Of a DNA stretch of 64,000 bases, positions 58,329 through 64,000 are shown one piece after another. A program made the position numbers and the translations under genes. A model generated the notes under the pieces. The model was not told the origin of the DNA. It was given only the letters and a program-made list of their open reading frames with translations, and ran no database searches. How positions within the stretch are numbered: position 1 is the first letter of the stretch; every line of letters starts with the position of its first letter. Source of the DNA: Setoptus koraiensis (lineage: Eukaryota; Animalia; Arthropoda); the NCBI GenBank assembly GCA_048013815.1, contig CM106585.1, positions 16,864,001 to 16,928,000 on the forward strand, given 5' to 3'.

Positions 58329-60857
58329 ATGCCGTTCTTTGCGGCCCAACTAGAACCAAAACAACAGTTCCGCGAGGGCGACTGCGCCCACTTCGAGTGC
58401 CGGGTTGTGCCGCCCCAGGGCAACAAGGTAGAATGGTTCCACGACGACAAGCCGCTGGCCATGGGCCACCGCTACAAAACAATGCACGATTTCGGCTTCA
58501 TATCCCTGGACATACTGTACGTGTATCCCGAGGATTCGGGCACCTACATGTGCCGGGCCACCAGCAGCTCGTTGGGCACCTCGTGCGAGACCCGTTCCGT
58601 GATTCACGTTCAGGCTCGCCAGACCATCATACACGAAACGCAGTGTTTGGGCGGCATGGAGCGGCTGTATTACGATGCCGCGGGCATGAAGGAAACAAAT
58701 TACAATTATCAGAGCGGTCGAGCGGACGGCTTCGACGACACCGACACCATAAGCTCGTGCTCTAACAGTCGCTCCAGTCTGGATCAGGGCCACCATATCA
58801 TCACGTCGTTGCCCATGATGGCGCCAATGGTCACCATGCCCATGGTGGGCACCCAGCGGCTGATGGAGGGCGAACGGGCCCATTTGGAGTGTCGCATTGA
58901 GCCGGTCAACGACGCCAGAATAAAGATTGAATTTTTGCACAATGGCAAGCCGTTAGTGGCTGGCTCACGGTACCACATTATGTCGGATTTTGGCTACATT
59001 AGTCTGGACATTGACCACACAACACCAGAAGATTCTGGCGTGTACACAGTGCGCGCTTGCAATCCGGCCATTACATCGGGTGATAACAAATGTGAGAGTT
59101 CCATTAGGTTGCACGTGCAACCCGTTTGTAACGTGCAAACGCAAACGCTGCACGCGCAATCATTGGCAAAATTGCAAAAGCTCGAACTGGACACAACCAT
59201 TAATTCTAAGCCCATTGTGAACCATCAATTGGATGGTAAGCGCGAGCACGAGACATTTCAGAGGCCCGTCTTCACGAAGCCGTTGACGCCCGACAGCGTG
59301 ACAAGCAAGGAGACGAGTAACGTTGATTTTCACTGCCGTCTCATACCTGTCAGCGATTCCAAATTGACCATTGAGTGGCTGCACAACGGGCGCCAATTGC
59401 AAGCGAGTTCGCGTCTCGTAATGGAGCACGAATTTGGCGTTGCCCGGCTCAAATTGAGGCGCCTAGAAACGTCGGACAGTGGCATTTATCAGTGTAGGGC
59501 GCGCAATACGTTGGGCGAAGCGGTGACAACGGGCAAGTTGCGCGTGACGGGCGACCAGGCCGTCCAAACGGAATCGCTCATGGACGACGAGGCGCTGCAT
59601 CAGATCCGTTTGCTAGATCAACCGAAAGATTGTGGCCACCAGTTGGAGGAGAAGCCGCGCGAGCAGGCGCCCAAATTCATCAGTCGGCTCAACAATTTGT
59701 GGCTGGCGCCCAACGAGACGGCGGTGAGGCGCCACGAGGGCGAATCGTTTCATTTGCATTGCCAGTACGAGCCCCAGGACGATCCAAATCTCAAATTGGA
59801 ATGGTATTTGAATGATAGGGTGCTGGTGCGCGGTTCGCGCGTTCACACTGTCGAAGATTTTGGTTTTGCCTATTTGGACATTGATTATTTGTATAAGCGC
59901 GACGGGGGCGAATACATGTGCCGAGTGAGCAACAAATTCGGTAGTGACACAACGAAAATTGTGTTGCACGTGACGGGCGACAAGGGCGTCGTAATGGAGT
60001 CCCAATTGCCCAATCCGTTGTCGGCCGACCGACTTCGGCAGCTCGATTTTGGTTTCGACGCGCCGGAAGTGGTCGAAGAGAAGCCAGCGGCGCCAGTTGG
60101 GGCGCACTTTGTTAAGAAATTGATTGAACCGCAACCCAACGTTATGGACGAGGGCGCCAGCGTTCACTTTGAGTGCTCGGTTGAGCCCAAACAGGACCCA
60201 GATTTACAGGTGCAATGGTATCACAATGGCAAAGCGCTGATTATGGGCCACAGGCACAGGGCCAATTTCGACTTTGGCCAGGTCACGCTGGACCTGTTGC
60301 ACGTGTACGCCGAGGACAGTGGCACGTACATGTGTGTGGTGACCAACAAGTCGGGCAAGGACACCACCGAGGCCAGCATCAAGGTGCACGAGCTGAGCAA
60401 ACTGGTGAAAGAGTCACAATTGCCGAAAAATATGCGCGCCGGTTATGAACGACTGGCCCAAATGGAAAAATCTTGGAGCGAAAACAACACGTGCCGCGAC
60501 ATAGTGGACGACGTGGACGATTTCTGTCGCAAGAGCGAGGCCCCGCCCGAGTTCACAATGAAACCCAAGCCGGTGGACGCATTCGAGGGTTCAGTGGCCC
60601 GATTTTGTTGTCGCTTACAGGCAAATCCGCCCGCCCGTTTAGTGTGGATGATCAACGGCGAGCCCGTCATAACAACCAGCCGCTACAAGGTCAGCTACGA
60701 CGGATTGCATCATTTAGAAATCAAACGGTGCACGGCCAAGGACAGTGGCGAGATAAAGGTGATGGCCAAAAATTCATTGGGCATGTGTCAGTGCACGACA
60801 CAGTTGACCGTAAAAACACGCCAGACTTTTGTCACGGCCAGCAAGGTACTGAAATAG
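58329..60857 (+). CDS. Kettin/sallimus (titin-like) I-set Ig protein, 6 Ig domains in one ORF; stand-alone gene or large exon
   Basis: Repeated kettin-type Ig signature EG..AHFEC.(V/I)EP..D....(E)W.HNG..L..G.R.....DFG...LDI......DSG.Y.C.A.N. Five such domains plus a terminal YDGLHHLEI domain; kettin-like linkers (QTQTLHAQSLAKLQKLE, ESQLP). TAG 60855-60857; AATAAA 60969-60974. Confidence 0.85.
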   Translation: MPFFAAQLEPKQQFREGDCAHFECRVVPPQGNKVEWFHDDKPLAMGHRYKTMHDFGFISLDILYVYPEDSGTYMCRATSSSLGTSCETRSVIHVQARQTIIHETQCLGGMERLYYDAAGMKETNYNYQSGRADGFDDTDTISSCSNSRSSLDQGHHIITSLPMMAPMVTMPMVGTQRLMEGERAHLECRIEPVNDARIKIEFLHNGKPLVAGSRYHIMSDFGYISLDIDHTTPEDSGVYTVRACNPAITSGDNKCESSIRLHVQPVCNVQTQTLHAQSLAKLQKLELDTTINSKPIVNHQLDGKREHETFQRPVFTKPLTPDSVTSKETSNVDFHCRLIPVSDSKLTIEWLHNGRQLQASSRLVMEHEFGVARLKLRRLETSDSGIYQCRARNTLGEAVTTGKLRVTGDQAVQTESLMDDEALHQIRLLDQPKDCGHQLEEKPREQAPKFISRLNNLWLAPNETAVRRHEGESFHLHCQYEPQDDPNLKLEWYLNDRVLVRGSRVHTVEDFGFAYLDIDYLYKRDGGEYMCRVSNKFGSDTTKIVLHVTGDKGVVMESQLPNPLSADRLRQLDFGFDAPEVVEEKPAAPVGAHFVKKLIEPQPNVMDEGASVHFECSVEPKQDPDLQVQWYHNGKALIMGHRHRANFDFGQVTLDLLHVYAEDSGTYMCVVTNKSGKDTTEASIKVHELSKLVKESQLPKNMRAGYERLAQMEKSWSENNTCRDIVDDVDDFCRKSEAPPEFTMKPKPVDAFEGSVARFCCRLQANPPARLVWMINGEPVITTSRYKVSYDGLHHLEIKRCTAKDSGEIKVMAKNSLGMCQCTTQLTVKTRQTFVTASKVLK

Positions 60858-60893
60858 CCAGACTTTTGTAGCGGCCAGCAAGGTATTGAAATA
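60820..60893 (+). repeat. 37-bp tandem duplication spanning the stop codon of the Ig ORF
   Basis: GCCAGACTTTTGTCACGGCCAGCAAGGTACTGAAATA (60820-60856) versus GCCAGACTTTTGTAGCGGCCAGCAAGGTATTGAAATA (60857-60893). Confidence 0.93.
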
Positions 60894-61611
60894 GCCTGTC
60901 AATGTCGAGTTTTGCACGGATTTTTACTGGGATTTTTGAGCGGGCTCAGCAACAAAACAAGCCTCATCAATAAATCTGTCGGGCCTCATGAATCACGATC
61001 GAAATCGGCCTGCGATTAGAGCCATTCTAAAGCCAGTCTGCAGTCTGTGGTCGCAGCATATCCGTGAGCGGATAAACGATTAGCGTGCGATAAACGTTGC
61101 CTACACTAATAACTGTTGTAATAACCGTTGCATAACAAGCTGGCCGACGGGCCTCTATTGGGGCCCAACAAGCACCAACTAGCATCCACCGCCTGGCCAG
61201 CGCGGCCGTCCGATCGCGGGGTGCCCGCCAGTGTCCAAGCGAGCCTGACCAGTGTCGGCCGACAAGGCGGCAAATTGGCAATCCAGTTGCCTGCTTGTGA
61301 TCATCGCAATGTGATGTACTCATGTGATGAGCAAAGGGATAAATTATGGGATTATTGGGATAAATGATGGTGATTTGGTCGTTGCAATCGTCATATTTGT
61401 ACTGTTTGTTGTGTTTATTTATTTGTCGTGTAAATGTCAAGCGCTCGTGTTGCCATTGTCGCTTGTCGATTGTGTCACACGCAGCGATGCCGTGATAATA
61501 GTGGGTAATAATATAAATATAAATTAATTATTAATGGTCAATTATTAATAATAAAATAATAATATATAATATATAGTATAATGCACTGGTTGTTGTTGTC
61601 GTTGTTGTTGT

Positions 61612-63758
61612 CTAGTAGTTGTCCTTAGTAGGTGAGTTTATGTTTGTCGAATTCAAAACACTTAATGCCTCGGACCAGGGAAATTCCGGATATGGCGACA
61701 GTTGAGGGTTGAAGGCTGGCGAAAAAGCATTCGATCTGGCCGTTTGATGGGCGCACAGCATCCCGTAAACTCTTATGCCTGTTGCACGAATTCGGCGGTG
61801 ATTGGATTATCATAGAATCGTATTGAATATGAAATGTGTGTTATTGTGGTTGTGCATTGAAAAGATTAAAAGACAAAACAATTGTTAATTCAACCGAATT
61901 GAACTGAACTAAATCGAACTGAATTGAACTCACCTGGAATGTTGGCGTACGGTGGGTGATTGTGAGTGTAGGGACCCTCCAATTGGGCCCAAGTGGGACA
62001 TTTGCACACCACAACGTAGTGGGCCTTGCCACTTCGTTCGCTTTGCAGAGCCAACAATGTCCAATCGGTGGGCGATTTGCAGGCCCTGACCTCGCGAAGA
62101 GGCTCGCAAGTTTTTATTTGAGTGTAGATCTACAAATGGACCAACGAGGCAAAGTGAATGGTTAATTACACTGCTACCGAGATTCGAAGACAAACCACTG
62201 ATTGCTAGCACAATGATTAGGTTGTAATTGGACAGTTGGGCCGCTGTCGAAGCCGGCAGCGATACTTACTCGCTTGTCAAACTTTCTCGTCAGCTCTATG
62301 GTGTGTCCGTCCTGGGCGTCCGAACTGAACGAACATTTCCAATTGTAATTAGAGGAACATTCGCACAATTTTTGTGTGTAATTCATTCGCACAAATATAG
62401 CATTGCACACTTGTTGAGTGGCGCATTCGGGCAATCCAGATCGAGATTTAGGACTCAGGCTGCTGCTGAACGAAGAATTCCTTTCTCTCTGGCGTTGTCA
62501 ACATTTGTTTTTCAACAATTGCGGAGGCATGAAAATCATTGAATGATGGCATTGAAATCATTGAGAGCGCCGTCGAAGCGAGCGCCGCCGATGGAAAGGC
62601 CAACAGGGGAAAAGTTAGTTAGTTGGCCGATTTATTACACATAATGAGCAAGTGAATCGAGTGTGATGCTCCAATTTTCGTCGGTCTGGTTTTCATTCGC
62701 TATGTATCATTCACTATATATTACAACTATATATTTGAACTAATACATTGAACAAGTCACGACATTTTGCAACAAGTTTCGCAAAATACCGTCGTCGGCG
62801 CGGTTACGTTCCATTGCGGATATGACACGAATTATATGATCTAGTTTACAGCGTACGGCATTTGTGTGACGATGGCCTAGTCCAGTTGACTGGACTGTGC
62901 AACTGTCACACAAATCAACTAACAAGCTCATTAATTTGTATGCTGGCCAGTGCTGGCGCAAACCGGCCAGTCATATTATTATATAACATGCCTAATTGGC
63001 GTGTTATGTAACGGTTTGTTGCTGCTTTTGTGGCCGTCACAAGTAAGAGTATGTGGCCCTTTCACCAGACCATATGTGACATATCATCTGTCACACACGA
63101 GAATCATATGTCACATACGAGAATCATATATCGCATACGAGAATCATATGTCACATACGAGAATGCGGAGACTGCGGAGGTTGCATCATTTGATTTGTCG
63201 CAATAATTAGTAATTTGTGTTGATACTCACATTTACAAGAGCCGACACGTCGACGTATTGAGGCGGTCGCACGGGGCTGCTCTGATGATTGTTTCTGCTG
63301 TGATTGTTAATGGTGGCCGATGGCAAATCTTCTCTGTCGTCCCTTTCTCTCTGATGAATTGACATCTGAATTGATTGACCGCTTGGCGATGTGGTCGGCG
63401 AGCCATCCGTGCCAGCCGACTGCATCTTTTGCTGGGGTTGCTGCTGTTGTTGTTGCAATGATGAAATGGCCCCACTTAGAGATGGCTTGACAATTGAATT
63501 ATCTTGTTGCTGCTGCTTTTGTTGCTGTTGTTGAATGTTGTAAACTAGTGTTGTGGGCACCATTGACATCGGACTCAGTGTGGTCTGACTCAACAATGTA
63601 GACAACGACGACGACTGATAGTTAGTTAGCTTGTTGTTGTTGTTGTTTCCATTTGATGATGTCGTTGATATAGACAATGAATTTATTGTGCATATCATTA
63701 AATTGTGCACAATAGCAATCAATGTCAACTGTACAATAAATGTATTACTGTTGCTCAT
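61612..63758 (-). CDS. Argos/giant-lens-like (U-scoloptoxin-11-like) secreted Cys-rich protein; exons 63758(or 63884)-63231, 62488-62270, 62129-61934, 61778-61612
   Basis: Hand-spliced with canonical GT-AG introns and consistent phases (0,0,1): LPECATQQVCNAIF...LCEC...KCSFSSDAQDGHTIEL..KFDKR|IYTQIKTCEPLREVRACKSPTDWTLLALQSERSGKAHYVVVCKCP...EGPYTHNHPPYANIP|GIRVYGMLC...DNY*. C-x5-C, CxC, DGHTI and K.C.P resemble Argos. Signal peptide at MSNSNTFIVQLTLIAIVH. The first intron junction is the least certain. Confidence 0.8.
63085..63164. repeat. 20-bp repeat (CATATGTCACATACGAGAAT) x4 inside intron 1 of the Argos-like gene
   Basis: Direct inspection. Confidence 0.9.
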
Positions 63759-64000
63759 TATGCAACAATTTGTGTATTTTTTGTTATTAATTTGTTTTGT
63801 TTGTCTTCTCTTTACTGTAGTTGTTGTTGAAGTTGCTGATCTCGACGATGACGACAGCCGTTGCTCAATTCTGGACACTTCCATGTTTGTTTGTTACTTG
63901 TCTTGTGCTTGTTGTTGTGTCATTAACGAAATTAAATTGAATCAAAATTACTGAATATGACTTATTTAAGAGTATGCTGTTCGATGAAAATGTGAATATC

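Noticed and set aside
58253-58765. 170-aa ATG-initiated ORF overlapping the Ig gene in another frame, and antisense ORFs at 58350-60670
   Set aside because: Shadow ORFs of a GC3-rich coding sequence, with no motifs.

Overview
Eukaryotic (arthropod) genomic DNA. A very compact-genome mite is my best guess for the source (inference from kettin-type Ig repeats, an Argos-like gene, Ci, tiny intergenic gaps and very few introns). Two AT-rich, gene-dense blocks flank a ~31-kb GC-richer non-coding block. Left block (1-14.4 kb): 3' end of MED14, BUD23/WBSCR22, PEX3, Ran, ZIP9/SLC39A9, TMX1 and an intronless Gli/Ci. Middle block (14.4-45.5 kb): no credible protein gene; it lies upstream of ci and is packed with microsatellites, short drifting tandem arrays (often 10-11 bp period, often quasi-palindromic) and homotypic motif clusters. 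Right block (45.5-64 kb): an orphan ORF, an intronless and unusually short Vps13 (2067 aa), an orphan secreted basic protein, a phased A-tract array, a 6-Ig kettin/sallimus-like ORF, and a 4-exon Argos-like secreted Cys-rich gene that the ORF track only shows in pieces. Best leads: a Vps13 missing roughly 1000 aa of its lipid-transfer rod (apparently including the FFAT motif), a Ci lacking the PKA phosphodegron cluster and with an expanded zinc finger 5, a possible stand-alone mini-kettin, and the repeat/motif architecture of the ci desert. No CRISPR, rRNA, tRNA or recognisable transposon was found. Protein assignments come from recalled family motifs; no database search was run.
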